The notes under the pieces are model-generated. The model was not told the origin of the DNA, searched no databases, and was given only the letters and a program-made list of their open reading frames with translations. DNA of 64,000 nucleotides, taken from contig OX597816.1 of the NCBI GenBank assembly GCA_951406725.2, forward strand, positions 179,676,001 through 179,740,000, in the 5' to 3' direction. The position numbers and the translations under genes are program-made. Positions 1 to 14,110 of this stretch are shown here, in pieces (the first letter of the stretch is position 1; the number at the start of each line of letters is the position of its first letter). The stretch is from Octopus vulgaris (Eukaryota).

Positions 1-848
1 ATAGATACACACCACATACACAAGCCCATAAACGTACACACTTGCAGCCAACGGTGTGTAGTCATGTTTACAACAAGTGATACATGCGGTATATCGACTA
101 TCTAATGAAGAATCTATTTTGCATATAGAAATATCAAGAACAGATGCTCAAACGTTTGCAAATCGACAGACTTAATTTTTATTAAAATACCATTTTAAAA
201 CTAGGACTATTCATCGACTAGAATAATTGTATTCATTGCTTTTTATTGTTATTTAATGTGACATTTTGTCTGCAGTTACGCAATTGTTTACAATAAAATA
301 TTCTTCGTAAATGTATTGACAGTGAAGTATATGTTCCTGATGGGAACCTTTCGGTTTCCTCTACTGAAATCGTCTAAAAGTTCACACAGTTACCGTAACA
401 CTACTGCAGTTCTTCTAACTATGTTTTGGTACCAACCAATATGTTTGAGAACTTAAATGGCGCATAAAACAAACCCACAAATACCAAAAAAACAAGACGA
501 AGATAATTAACTTCATACCAATTTTTAGATGTTTGGATGAGATCGCTACTCCACAAGGTTCCTAGCCTCTAATCTCTGCGAAAAGATTTGAAAAGTTTTG
601 AGACGGAAAACTTTTGAAACCAAGCAAAAATTCTGTATAGTCGAAGCCATTGACTTCATTCATCACGAAATGATAACTAAATGATAACGCAAGCCAGTTT
701 CCTTTTCCGTTTCCTTTATTTAATTTCTCGTTCTTTTATTTATAATGCATTTAACGTCAGTTGCTTGCCCGCCGTTAAATTTAACGGAGGAAGTATACAG
801 ATAGATACATTTACATGCATGTAAGCATGCACATACACAGCATATATA

Positions 849-1609
849 CAGGATGCGATGGGTAAATTGTCGCCATTTTATATTTCCAATTTCGTGCATT
901 GCTTGTTTTTGATTTTGTCGAGTATACAGCATAGTAGGGTCAGTTGGGCACCGTCTGTGAGCAAAACAGCAACATGACGCAATTCACTCTGCCAGAAATT
1001 TGGAAACGTCATGCCGTACAGAGAACAACCGTTGACTTGCCGTGTCCCTAAAACATGTACTGAGAGTGATAAAAATTAAACATCTAGTCAACATGATGGT
1101 GTTTAGAGTGATCACTAGATGAAGTGCCTGGAGGAGGTACCGCTGCTCTGGATCAAGAGGGTGGCTGCGGGAAGACCCTATGTCTGGCAACAAGACTTGC
1201 ACCATGCCGTACAAGCAGAAGAACCCAGTCATGGCTGTCAGACAATTTCTGCGACCACATCACCCCTAACACCTGGCCAGCTAACTCCCTAGATTGAAAC
1301 CCTCTTTATTATGTGTGGGGCGCAGTTGAGAGAGAGAGAGAGAGACCAACAAAACTCTTTGTAAGACCGAAGATGAACTGAAGGCAAGGATTATGGTAGC
1401 GTTCACCAACTTAGATAAGGAGATCGTCCAGAAGATTTTCAGGAGATTCCGAAGTCGTCTGGAGGCCAATGACAATTTTATTGAATAAATTTACTCTTTA
1501 GTATTTCAAGATATTTTTATATAATTTTGATAAATATCAGTTAAAACTAGATGTCAGTGTTATTTTCATTTTTGCATAATTTAGACGACAATATATTCAC
1601 CGCCACCTG
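849..1609 (+). mobile_element. Internally deleted, decayed maT/DD37D-like (Tc1/mariner superfamily) DNA transposon
   Basis: Imperfect TIRs (TA|CAGGATGCGATGGGTAAATTGTCG vs CGACAATATATTCACCGCCACCTG|TA). Broken frames read ...GRPYVWQQD..., ...TWPANSPD*NPL..YVWGAVE...ELKARI...RFRSRLEA. Confidence 0.8.
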
Positions 1610-1611
1610 TA

Positions 1612-1760
1612 TCTTATATATAAATGGCAGTTTCTGTTTGTTTGTTACCAGCGAACCAATATTCACGAAACTTTGCATACATGTTACACTAACATCGAGT
1701 TCAATAATAGGCTCACTGAATTTTAATCAAAATCTATAATGTGCCCCCAGGCTGGATTGG
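1612..1760 (+). mobile_element. 5' portion of a non-autonomous Helitron-like repeat
   Basis: Starts A|TCTTATATATAAATGGCAGTTT, like the 5' end of the Helitron-like copies at 44916 and 48954. No 3' end identified. Confidence 0.4.
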
Positions 1761-2917
1761 GGGGTGAATTATGTGATAAAATGAGAAGGGTGCAAAAAGT
1801 ATAAGTCTGAAGGAAACGCAGTAGCAGAGTGAAGGTGACTTATATCAGGGAAGGCGAGAACAGCATTTTGTAAGCGACAAATATTGAGTAGCAATGGGAT
1901 GAGAGCGTTAATACAGCTGTCATATACACACGGCGCTGCATACATACTTTCGTAAATACACAGATACAACACGCACACATACACACACACGCACACACAC
2001 ACACAGAAACACAGAAACGTGGGTGTGAGGAATACGTAGCTTTAAGGAGAGGGGTGTAGGTGACTCTTCTGATGTCCATCGGAAAGAAACACTCACTATC
2101 ACACACACACACACACACACACATATAAACATGCATACGTACATACATATGTCTACTATACACCATTTTAAACTCGTGATTATCTGTGTGTATGTTTGTA
2201 CATACGCGTGTATGTGTGTGTGTGTGTGTAGGGTCTTTCCTGTTGCTGTAACATATTGCGAGGTTTTAAAATCACACCCAATTTGGTATATTGAAATAAT
2301 TATTTTCCACGTTAAATTCGATTTTGTTATTTACTTGTCCCAGAAAAATTGCAGAACAATGTTACTGAGGTTTAAAGTTTAATCAGTTTTACCTCATCAG
2401 AAAACAGGATTTGGAAGCTAGCAATTTTTACATGATAGATGACATTTTCTGCATGACAACTGTCCATCACAAATGAAAGCAAAATCATTAGAAGGAGGAA
2501 TTTTTATTAAACAAACGAAAGCAAAGCATTACGACGACAAAAGTTGTAAGAACTTTTGAAGTTTAAATGAATAAAGTCACGTGAAACAGTCGAACAGACC
2601 TGTAAATAAATTTAAAAGGAAAAATCCATAACGAAGGTTTTGCGAAAAATTGCACAAATCTGCCCTCATCAAGAGGCCTATCTGTCGGGGAAGGCATGGT
2701 CTGACATGAATAAACAAGAATTACCGTCTGAGGGATAAAAGTATCCAAAATACTACTGGTGTAATATCTATATTTAAACATGAGCAAAAATATGATGCTC
2801 ATAAATTATAGGTAAAGCCAAGGATAAACAGGAATTCATCAGGAATCAAAATTTAAAGAAAACAGAAAATGGTGATAACATTGGTGAACAACAATTGATT
2901 TGCATCAATTATTATTT

Positions 2918-4660
2918 ATTAGTTAGTTAGTTAATTTTTTGGCTCAAAAAGCAAAAAGCAAGGCCATGTAGGGGGACATGGAGTTAAGTACAGGGTGGTG
3001 TTCATGTAAAGAGTTCAGGCCATTTGTAGTCAAGGGAGACTTTGAACCGAGCGGTCGTCGGTATCTTCACTATCTCGTCCGGCAGCTTATTCCACGGATC
3101 CGCAACCCGGACGGAGAAAGCCCCTCTCCTTCGATTGAGATGAAATAATCGCAGATAGAGCTTTTCGGAGTGACCCCGAAGCCGACGCTCTGGAGCAGGA
3201 GTGAAGAACATCTCTTTCGAGAGGTTACACTTTCCGCTTATGATGTTGTGAGCAAGAATGAGATCACCACGGCGTCGTCGTTTTTCTAGAGAATAAAGGT
3301 CGAGCGTCTTCAGCTTTTCTTCATAAGACAAATGCATGAGACCAAGAACCATGCGGGTAGCCAGCTTCTGGACTCTTTCGAGATGCTGTATGTCTTTGAG
3401 GAGATAAGGAGAAGAGGCTTGAATCCCGTACTCCAATATGGGTCTCACCAGCGTGACATAGAGCGGTAGGAATATGGCTGCTGTGAGCATTCCGAATGAC
3501 CGTCGGATCAAAAACAGAACTCCGCGTGCTTTGTTGGCAGCATGGACGCACTGGGCCGAAGGCGAAAAGGAAGAATCCACCAAGATACCCAGGTCCTTTA
3601 CCTGGTCGGTCCTCACCAGCAGCAGACGACCCGGCTCGAAATCAAGTTGAGTTGCAGGAGAAGAGCCAACAGGCAGATGACAGCACTTTGACACGTTCAG
3701 ACACAGGTCCCATTCGTTAGACCATCTCCAAACTTGGTGGAGGCATCGACGAAGATCCACTATATCACCGCGAGGAGCGACCAGTTTGACATCATCGGCA
3801 AATAGAAGGGTGTGTTGCGTGAGGTCGTCGGGCAAGTCATTTATGAAGACTAAGAACAATAAGGGCCCAAGCACTGAACCTTGAGGCACGCCACTGCTCG
3901 CACTGGAGACGTCGGACAGCGAACCATTAACTTGGACTTGGAAGGAGCGATCTGAGAGGAAGGCACCAACCCATCGTACAATATCCGGATGGAAACTATA
4001 TGCTTGAAGCTTGACAAGTAATAGGCGGTGGTTTACCGAGTCAAAAAGCTTTGGCAAAGTCCAATAAAACGATGTCAACAGCATCACCATCATCGAGGAT
4101 GCGCGTGACCAATTCTTCCATTACCAGTAAGTTGGTCAAGCATGATCTCTTCGGCACGAAGCTGTGTTGGGAATCAGAGATAGAGGCTGTGTTTTGGAGG
4201 TGGAGCAACATACTTTTCTTAAGGATGGTTTCGAACATCTTGCTGGGTCTTCGCGGATCCCTTTCTTGAAAATTGGGCAGATTATCGCTGTTCTCCAGTC
4301 CGCAGGTATAACGCCCGTCGCCAATGACATATTGAATAGACGTGTTAAAGGCTCGCAGATGACCGGAGCCAACGCTTTGATAACCTGTGGATGTATGCCA
4401 TCAGGGCCGTGACCCTTGTTGACATCGAGGCCTTGAATAACGCGTTCGACTTCGTCCCGCGTGATGACCAATCTAAGCATTAGAGGTACCGATCTATCAA
4501 ATGGAGGGGGTTCACGACAATCATCTTGTTTGAAAATAATTGAAAAAGCCTCGGCAAATAACTGACTCTGTTGATAAGGGTCCTCAATCGATACGCCTGT
4601 TGAGTCTACTAACGTTGCAATTTGGTTGTTCAAGCGGGAATTCCGTTGGACATGCGCAAA
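2918..4660 (-). mobile_element. 5'-truncated CR1-clade non-LTR retrotransposon (frameshifted RT pseudogene)
   Basis: ORFs 4136-4633, 4041-4238 and 3002-4093 give QHSFVPKRSCLTNLL, DIVLLDFAKAFDSVNH, SGVPQGSVLGPLLFLVFINDLP, LFADDVKL, VRPILEYG and LERVQKLATRM. (TAAC)n 3' tail near 2920. The NYRPVSL motif is deleted. Confidence 0.92.
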
Positions 4661-4965
4661 GAATTAATAATTTACAAAAAGACTGCATCCCATTTAACAG
4701 CTGTTTCTGCTGCCAATGTTCTTTGGAATTACCATTATGATGCTCAGGGAATATTTATCATAGTTGGTAAGAAAATACGATTTGAATCATGGAGCTTCAT
4801 GAGAGTGGAAAATAAATGAATAAAAAGAAGAGACAAGAAAAGAACAGGGAAAGGTTGAATATGATGCGAGTCAGCTGACGGGATGCAGTCTTTTTCTAAA
4901 TTAATAAATAATTGATGCAAATCAATTGTTGTTCATCGATGTTATCTCCATTTTCTGTTTTCTTT

Positions 4966-4980
4966 ATGTATATGTATGTA

Positions 4981-5054
<74 letters not shown>

Positions 5055-5148
5055 TTTGTGTGTGTATGTATATATATATGCATATATATATATATATAAG
5101 TATATATATGTATATATGTCTATATATATGTATATATATGTATATATG

Positions 5149-5181
<33 letters not shown>

Positions 5182-5265
5182 GTATATATGTACATATATG
5201 TATATATGTATTATATGTAAAAATATATATATATATTCATATATATATGTATACATATATGTGTG

Positions 5266-5296
<31 letters not shown>

Positions 5297-5310
5297 TCAT
5301 ATAATATATA
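4966..5310. repeat. (AT)n/(GT)n compound microsatellite (representative of dozens in the window)
   Basis: Visible dinucleotide repeats that generate the YIYI/CVCV ORFs. Confidence 0.95.
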
Positions 5311-5486
5311 TAAATTAGAGAAAAAATACTATTATGTAATTCAAACAATGATAGACATAAACCATATCATATCGAAAAAAATATGATAAAACATATATCT
5401 AGATCACAAAAAGTACAAAAAATGAATAAACAATATATAATAAGTAATAAGTAATAAGGTGTAGTGGTGTGATGGTGTTGGGAGGT

Positions 5487-5655
5487 GGTAATTCCAAAGA
5501 ACATTGGCTACAGAAACAGCTGTTAGACGGGATGCAGTCTTTTTGTAAATTATTAATAAATAATAATTTATGCAAATCAATTGCTGTTCATCAATGTTAT
5601 CACCATTTTCTGTTTTCTTTAAATTTTGATTCCTGATGAACTCCTGTTTATCCTT
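5487..5655 (+). repeat. Short repeat, probably a PLE pseudo-LTR fragment; related copies at 4875-4965 and (inverted, split by the CR1) 2821-2920/4663-4735
   Basis: Direct sequence match between copies. Contains GAAACAGCTGT and CCTGATGA words typical of PLE hammerhead halves. Confidence 0.6.
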
Positions 5656-5891
5656 TTTTATTCATTTTTTGTACTTTTTGCGAACTAGTTATACGTTTTA
5701 TAATATATTTTATTTTTCCTATATGATTTAGTTTATGTCTATCATTGTTTGAATTGCATAATAGTGGTTTTTCTCTAATTCATATTTTATATATTTATAT
5801 TGTGAAATCTGATTTAATACTAAATTGAATTTTTCTCTGTAAGTTTGGAATTATACTCCCTAAAATTATTATTATTATATATTCATATGTA

Positions 5892-5932
<41 letters not shown>

Positions 5933-6599
5933 TATATATATATGTACATATATATATATTCATATATATATGTACATATATATGTATGTATATATGTGTA
6001 TGTATATATATACGTATATATATATGTATATATATATATGTATATATGCATATATATATGTATATATTTACATATGTATATATATATTAAATGTGTGTGT
6101 CTATATATATATATATGTATACATATGTATCTCTCCTTCTCTCTTCTCTTCACTTCACTCCTACCCACCTTCTCCTTCCCCCTTCATCTTCACCCCTCCC
6201 TCTTAAGCCCACCCCACCCCTAAACATTCCACTCCACCTTCCCCATCCTTCTCCATCCTACCTCACCCCATTCCTTACACACACCTCCACATAACCCACC
6301 TGTACCCCCTACCTCCCCCCACCCGTACCCCACCCTCCGCCTACCCACATACCCCACCTCCGCTTTCCCCAGTCTCGCCTCCCCCACCTCCCCCACCATC
6401 ACACCACACCACACACCACTACACCTTACATCACCATACCACACAAAAGATCACATCACACCACACCATCTCGGACACACCAGGACTGACCACTTCCCAG
6501 ATCCACATTTTCACACGTACACATACATACATACATACACACACACGTCAAGATCACCAGCCCTCTTCTACACGCACATACAAACTCTTTTATACACAC

Positions 6600-6880
6600 G
6601 CACGCGCACCCTCGTTTTGGGATCACCAGTACTTTATTATATCCCCTTCTCCCTAGCTCTTCTGCGTGACCCTTCTGTCTGGCATACGCCATGGTAGATC
6701 GCTAGCCACTACACATTCTATATTTTCTCTCCTTGTTTCTTTCTGTGTTCCTTTCTGTGGAAGAGCGTAGGCTCGAAACGTTAAAGACTTTTTCACTTCC
6801 CGAGCGTTATACTAATACATCTGTTTGTTGTCTACACCACCTGTCTTCGTCTTTTGTTTTTTTGTGAGTTCTCCCCATTT
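6600..6880 (+). mobile_element. PLE-type terminal repeat with a degenerate hammerhead motif (6751-6786)
   Basis: CTTT-CTGTGGA-A-GAGC(GTAG)GCTC-GAAA-CGTT-AAAG. Stems I and II pair; the core has A6>U. Confidence 0.55.
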
Positions 6881-7339
6881 GTGTACACAAATACACTGAT
6901 ATACATATATATATATACATACATATATATATATATACATGCATATATACAAACACGCACACAAATAGATGTATATGTATATACATATAAACACACAGAG
7001 AAATAAACAAATATGTAGATATGAATATGCATGTACGTACATACGCGCATACTCGTGTATGAGCAGATACGTACGTGTGTATATGTATACTTTTCACATT
7101 CAAATAGACATGTATTAAAAATTATACATGTATATATACTTATGCGTGTATAGATACACGTGTATATGTTTCGTGAATGTGTGTGCAAGAGTGTAGACAA
7201 ACATGTAGATATGAATCTATATATACATACATAGGCAAACACCCGTGTGTATATGCAGATTCATTTTTGGGTATATGTATAGTTTACACATTCAAGTATA
7301 CATGTATTTAAAAATATACACGTATATATACTTTACAGA

Positions 7340-8150
7340 AGAATATAAACGAGATATAGAATATAAAGGAGGGACAGAATGGAACGCAACTCACCAAGAA
7401 GATTTAGATTACGCAGACGACATTTGTTTGTTCTCTTACACGCTTCAAGAGTTACAAGACAAATCTGATTGATTTAGTCAAATAACCAACATCATGGGTC
7501 TCAAAATCAACGAGAAGAAAAGGTACACTCTTTGTAGAAATATAACAGACATTGACCGACAAACCAATGGCAAACGTTGACGAATTTAACTATCTTGGCA
7601 TCAAAATAACAATGGATGGAAACTGCATTCATGAAATAAATACAAGAATCAGCCGAGCCAACCAATCATTCAGTATACTAAACTCAATATGGAAACGATT
7701 TTACAAAAGCAACATACTTAGCATCCTCCTCAATGGATCCGAATGTTGGAAAATAAACAAAAGTATTGAAAAGAAATTGGAGGTTTCAAAATAAATGTTT
7801 AGGAAAAATTTTGAAGGCCGAATATGAACCTTAATAGCCAACTACACATCAAAGCTGATGTGAAACCAATAAGAGAAACTATTGAAGTAAGGAAACTATT
7901 GAAATGGCTGGGTCGAGTTTGTCGCTAGAAACCGAACTCAGTTGTCAGGAGGATCACTTTGCAATGGGTTCCAGAAGGTAAAAGAAGACATGGCCGACCA
8001 AAGGAAACGTGGCGAGAACAATAACGAAAGATCTTAAAAGCAGAAGGGTTAACAATGGAATAAGCTGGTAAGGATGCCTTCAGTGTTAGAACGTGGAATG
8101 ATCTTGCTGTCGCCTCAAGTGTCACAAAGCGCAATGAGAACCGAATCAAT
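7340..8150 (+). mobile_element. Decayed RTE-clade LINE, RT 3' half
   Basis: DLDYADDICLFS..LQELQDK, VDEFNYLG, LLNGSECW and GKRRHGRPKETW motifs across stops and frameshifts. Confidence 0.85.
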
Positions 8151-9013
8151 AAATGAATATATGCTTATGCGTGTATAGACTTTTGGGTGTGTGTTTCGTG
8201 AATGAGTGTGAATATATGTACATGTTTGTGTATGTGAGTGTGCGTGTGTGTGAGTGTATGTGCAAGATAGATAGAAAGAGTGAGAGAGAAAGAGGAAGAA
8301 AGGAAAAAAGGGAGAGAAAATTGGATTTAAGTATCTTTCGTCATGTTAAAAAAAGTTAAAATTTTTCTAGATTATGATTTTGTCGTCACAATATCATTAA
8401 CGTGAATAACTGGAGCTTTGGCCTCCTTTAACTTTTCGCGGAGTTTAGAGGTTAGGAACTGTGGGCCAGCAGTCTCACCCAAACATCTGAAAACTAGTGC
8501 GAAGTGAGTGTCATCTTCATCTTGCTTTTGATGTTTGTGGGTTTGTTTTATGCACCTTTTGAATTCTCAATCACCCTCTGTAACATGCTGGTTGGTACCA
8601 TAACATAGTTACAAGGTGTGCAGTAGCGTTGCTGTAACCGTATGAAATTTTAGGAACCTGGGGGTTCTAAACGGAAACATATACTTCACTGCCAATACAT
8701 TTACGAAGAATATTTTATTGAAAACAAATGCATGATTGCAAAAAAATAAGTGTGGCATTGAATAACAATAAAAGAAAAATGATGGATACGAAATAACGGT
8801 ACTGAATGAATAGTCATAGTTTTAAGACGGTGAGTATTTTAATGAAAATAAGTTTGTTGCGAATAAAACGTTTGGGCATCTTTTCAAGGTATTTCTTTAT
8901 ACAAAATAGAATCTTCATTAAATGTTCGATATACCGCTTGTATCACTAGTGAAACACAAGACGACACACAGACTTTTGGTTACAAGTGTGTATCTCTATT
9001 GACTTGAGTGTGT

Positions 9014-9049
<36 letters not shown>

Positions 9050-9059
9050 CTGTCTATGT

Positions 9060-9780
9060 TGTGTATCTCTCGGTCTTAATATAAATAATTGCTGTAGGCT
9101 GATGCATCTTCTACCTCTGTTAGGGTACATTCTTAGAAATGATACATTGCCAGATATGTGCTTTTCTCAGCATAAAGCCTCACTGATTGTGAGATCCAAC
9201 AACAGGAGCAATTTTGAGGGCTCTGAGTGCTACTCATAAGTACACAGGAAAATAAGGTGGTGATGTTTCCTTGATATGAGTAGTGTTCATGGTGCCTTGA
9301 TTCTGAAAGACAAAACTCGTATATCACCATTGAAAGAGGTTTTCGAGGTTTTCCGTTCATGGAGTCAGTGTATATTAGATATTTATTTTGAGAGCAGATC
9401 TTGCATGGTTGGAGAATGTCAGGGAAGAGCGAAGGGATGTATAATCTGAGTAAGCCTGGCATTATTGGATATGGTGGAAAGTAATTCATTGATATGTAGA
9501 AGGAAGAGAGTCGCGGACACAACCAAAACCTGGAGCACACCGGAGTCGATAGAATGAGAGATAGGAAGAGTTTTGTCATCACACGGGGTAATAGTGCGAT
9601 CTGATAGGAAGTTACCATTCCAAGAGATGAGTGACTGGTGGAACTCATAGGCAGAAAGTTTAGTTTAGTTTGTGGTGAGGAATTATATATCGGAGAATTG
9701 CGACCGCTCCTGCTTAAACTAATCATTCGGTGTGGAGGAGTATCCTCATCACAATAGCAATGATGCCTCTCCTCTGAACA
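9060..9780 (-). mobile_element. Decayed LINE fragment with an RNase H-like motif (I/Nimb/R1-type)
   Basis: ORF 9133-9726 contains KYLIYTDS (RNase H-type IYTDS); the rest is highly degenerate. Confidence 0.45.
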
Positions 9781-10099
9781 ATAACAAATATCTATGATGA
9801 GTAGGATTGAAAATTATAAACTATGATGAAAACGATTAAAATTTAAAATGATTTTGGGATGCATTTTCTTCGTTATGATAAGATCCTCTTCATCACAGCT
9901 TTATCTTTTCTGAACACAAAACAGGTACAAGTCTCAAAATAGAAATTTTATATTTTAAGTTTCATTCAGTTATCCATAGATGTGTATAATATAGTACACA
10001 AACTGCTATTTGCTTTCCACCATAGAACTTTTCAGTTCAACGTATACCAGTAGAAAACCCGCCCTAACAGTGTTATTTTTTCTTGTTAGGATATGGAGA

Positions 10100-10310
10100 T
10101 TAAAAACCTTTCTAAATACAAACACCTAGAAACTGAAACCATGAAAATGTAGGATATAGACAGACTTATAATCCCAGCCATTACACAAGCGCTTTGAGTT
10201 GTGAAACATGGCACAGAAAGAAAGAATTGAAGAATTACTTAGGAGACCTTTCAAAGGGACGTCCAGAAAATAGCATTCCTAAGAAGTGTTCATGCTCTGA
10301 AGTAAAATAT
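10100..10310 (+). mobile_element. Remnant of the C-terminus of an R4/Dong-type restriction-like-endonuclease LINE
   Basis: KYKHLETE..., IIPAITQAL*V and VQKIAFLRSVHAL resemble the KYxDL / IPxxxGALG / IQKxALLGT motifs also seen at 21760-21960. Confidence 0.55.
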
Positions 10311-13300
10311 CATTTATAAAATTAAAGAAGAATTATAATCAAATTTACTTTTCAGGGTTGCAGAAAGCTTCCAAAAGAGTATAAGTACGTATAAGAGTAT
10401 AAGTTCGTAACAAGACAATAACAGTAGCAATGATAATAATTTATTCATTACAACGGTAACACAGTTAAAACAGTGTATTATTCATCGACATAAAAGTCCT
10501 AAATGTTTATAATGCTGAGCAGAAATTAACTGAAAAGCTAAGGAATTGTACCAGCTTAGTGGCTGAATCAAGAACAGTATGTTTGTTAAGAAATGTGTCT
10601 ACCACCGCACTTGTAACCGACACAACTGATGTGATACACAATTTCTGTAAAGACATTGCCACGTTACAAATAAGACATACGTAGGCACGGCCCAGAAAAT
10701 ACAAAGACAACGATCAGTGAATATTCTCACATGGCAATTGTTAAACATTAAACATCTTTATTAACATCGAATATTTTTATGCATGTTTTCCATGATAAAG
10801 GCAATTCTGATGATAATTATAATGTATTCTAATATTGGCAAAAAGTCACACATTTTGGGAAAGGTTATAATCGATTAAATCGACTCAAGTGTTTAACTGA
10901 TATTAATTTTCTACGCTAGAATGATGCATAGAACGTTGGTGTGGCAGAGATGGTAGATTGCCGATCAGACTATTATTATCCACTGCAAACGCCAAAGGAC
11001 GGCGAAGATGTCTGACACAATTTCCAGTCCATTAAAAACCATTAGAGAACCAATTCCATAGACAGCTTTGACAGTTGGTGGATTTCATCAGGAAGCAAGG
11101 ACGAGTTTATCTTTCATATGACAGTTTCATACCGGAATCGGTAGTAGTTATTGATTGCACACATAAACATGTGCACATTAGCATACGTATGCATACACAT
11201 ACACGTATATACACATACAAATATACAGGCAAACACATTTACAATTGTCTTTTCGACACTACAAAATGGAACTTGTACTTTCACTATCAGACATATAAGC
11301 AGATTATCAGCTCAACATTTTAATATTTCCAGATATAATTTATTGTATCTGCTTCACATTCAATATGTGGCAATTGATTGAAATACGGATCGATATTAAG
11401 GAATAAAATAGATAGTGGAATCCTAATGCGACTCCTGTACAAATATTTCTGTATTCTTGTGGTGAATTAATAAGGTTTGAATTAGTGTTGTTGGAAAGTA
11501 AGAAGCAGGAGATAGACCAAAGTGGTTTGTGGCCGTTGAAGCAACAGATTAAGCAAGAAAGTTTGGGATAAAGATATTAAAAAGAATGATTTATCGGATA
11601 TAAATTTAAGCCAACATAGAACTAGAATTTATAAAATGAAGTAATGTTACTCTGTAAATGATATGGAATTGTATAATAAAGATAGACTAAAACTGGTCAA
11701 CGCCACATGTTTCATTGAGCGTTGACTGCATCGATCTCATCGGTGTCGGAGGGACTGCGAAGGTCATAGACTCAGTTCCTGCTTCTTGGCCAACCCAATA
11801 AAAATAGATGAAAACGGTTATATTATATTGAAACTAATCCTTGTATAATCCTTTTTGTGCGTGTGTATGTGTGTGTGTGTGCGTGCATAAGGGTATGTCC
11901 GTATATGAACGTGGTTTACTCTTTGTATACTTCCTTATGCCTTTTTTCTGTATTGTTGGTTGTGCGTATGTAGACGTATGTTTGAACTTTTACGGTGCGC
12001 GCGTGTGTGTATGAGTTTGTATATATTTATGCATATACATTTGGCGAAATATGCGAGTGAAGATGTGTACGTTGTCATAGTGATGTATGCGTACGCATAT
12101 GGGTGCGCGAGCGCACATGTGTACGTATGAACAGGCACGCTTACGTGTTTACTATGAACTTTTAACCTTATCTTAATTAGCGGTCTTTCGAATTAGCGCT
12201 TTTGTATAATTAGCGGACTATAACAAAGTAATTTCCCTTTGTATAACGGTCTTTTTAATAGCGTTTTGCAGATGGCCAGTTAACCGAAGAGATGGTGTTG
12301 TGGATTTCCACCTCGGCATCCGAAACTCAGAGTTTTATCATGGCTATTGAATAATTGTAACATATTACATTTACAGATAAATTTCCTCTATTTACATAAT
12401 ATTGAGGTCCTTTTCTTTCTTTTGTTATCTTACCATTTTTACCAATATATATATATATATACACACATGTACATTTATGTATGCATATTCCACATACTCT
12501 GAGGTGTCTGTGTGTGAAGTAATTTACATATGCGTGTATGAATATGCAATTTTAATCGACTTCCCTTTATCTCCAATCAAAAATCCTTTGTATTTAACAG
12601 GCAGATCATTTGAGAGATGCGAATTTTTACCCGACTTTCTAATCATTCAATTTTAATCGAATTTTCCAGTAAAACTAGTTGTTCATACTGTTATAAAGAA
12701 GCAGCTTCGCAAACTTGAAGCCAGTTTGAAAATTGCCATGCACAAAACTCGCCTTCAGTGTCACTTTTATAACTTCTGCCGATTAGAAATAATAGAAATC
12801 CTACAAGTTCTCGTGTATTTAGTTCTCTTTCTCTTCTTTGTTCAACCAAACCTACAAACTCACTCACTCTCTCTCTGCTGCTCCCCTCTCTCTCTTTCTC
12901 TTTATCACACACACAAACATAGTTGTCTTTCTGAGAATGAAGCAAAAAAGAAAAAATGAAAAAATAAGAGAGAGAACTAGAGACCGAGAGAGAGATTGAG
13001 GTAGATAGAGAGAGAGATAGAAAAAGAAAGGGAGAAAGTGAGAAAGACAGGAAAAAGACAGAGACAGACATATATACATACGACTCACACACTTATACAT
13101 CCATCACTCTCATAAACACAAACACACATGCAGACAGATACTGTCACACACACACACATACGCACACACACACACGCACACACACGCACACACAAACACG
13201 CACGCGCGCGCGGGCGCACACACACACACGCACACTGGCCATCTTCGTACTCTTCTGTCTCCAAAAAAACAATTTTTCTATCTTTTTCCACTTCCGGTTA

Positions 13301-13431
13301 CTTCAGCAATTTAACTGCACACATCTTTGGATTTTCCGTTTACTTTTCCAGCGTCTAAGTAATACATTCCATGTGCACATCCTCTATTTGTTTGTTATTG
13401 TTATTTTTAATGTTCGTTTATTTTATTTGAT

Positions 13432-13465
<34 letters not shown>

Positions 13466-13468
<3 letters not shown>

Positions 13469-13721
13469 GGTTTGATCAATAAGTATCCGGACCGTTGCCA
13501 TATTAACGAAGCTAAAGCATGCAGAGTGAATCCGCTTGGTAAAGATTGACCTTGAACTCTGTTGTTTTAGCATTCTAGCTTACTTCCGCTGTTTACAGGA
13601 GTGCTTGGAAGGAACGTGTGCAGCGTATTTAAGGTCAATCTGTGCCAAGCGGCGGCCTCCTTCTGCGTGCTTTAGCTTCATTATCATGGCAACAGTCCGG
13701 ATACTTATCGATCAGACCACG
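13466..13721. mobile_element. Mariner-type MITE
   Basis: ~60-bp imperfect TIRs (GATCAATAAGTATCCGGACCGTTGCCAT..GAAGCTAAAGCATGCAGA / TCTGCGTGCTTTAGCTTC..ATGGCAACAGTCCGGATACTTATCGATC), with TA at the right end. Confidence 0.85.
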
Positions 13722-13763
13722 TATATGTGTATGTGTGTGTGTGTTTCAGTCATTTAGGCTGTA

Positions 13764-13834
<71 letters not shown>

Positions 13835-13839
<5 letters not shown>

Positions 13840-14110
13840 ATCGAAATATGAACGAAAAGCAAACACAACAACACGTAGACTGTTATTGGACGCTCAGGAA
13901 AGGAAAGAAAGAAGAAGGATTTAACGTTTCGAGCGGAGCTCTTTGTCAGAAATATAGAAAAAAGGAAAAGTCCAAGGAAGGGAAGACTGAGAAAAAAAAT
14001 CGCCAACGATACACACGCGGTCACATATTGAAATGACCGGAAGGGAATGGGTGAAGAAAAAGTCCTTTCAAAGACAGGAGAGTATACGAGAAGGAGGCAT
14101 GTGTGTACGC
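13835..14110 (-). mobile_element. PLE-type terminal repeat with a degenerate hammerhead motif (13920-13952); related tail at ~48380-48485
   Basis: Minus strand TTT-CTGACAA-A-GAGC(TCC)GCTC-GAAA-CGTT-AAA (G8>A). Abuts an (AT)n tract. Confidence 0.6.

Noticed and set aside
3002-4093. Intact 363-aa RT gene
   Set aside because: The start is artefactual; upstream RT motifs lie in other frames, so this is a frameshifted, truncated LINE.
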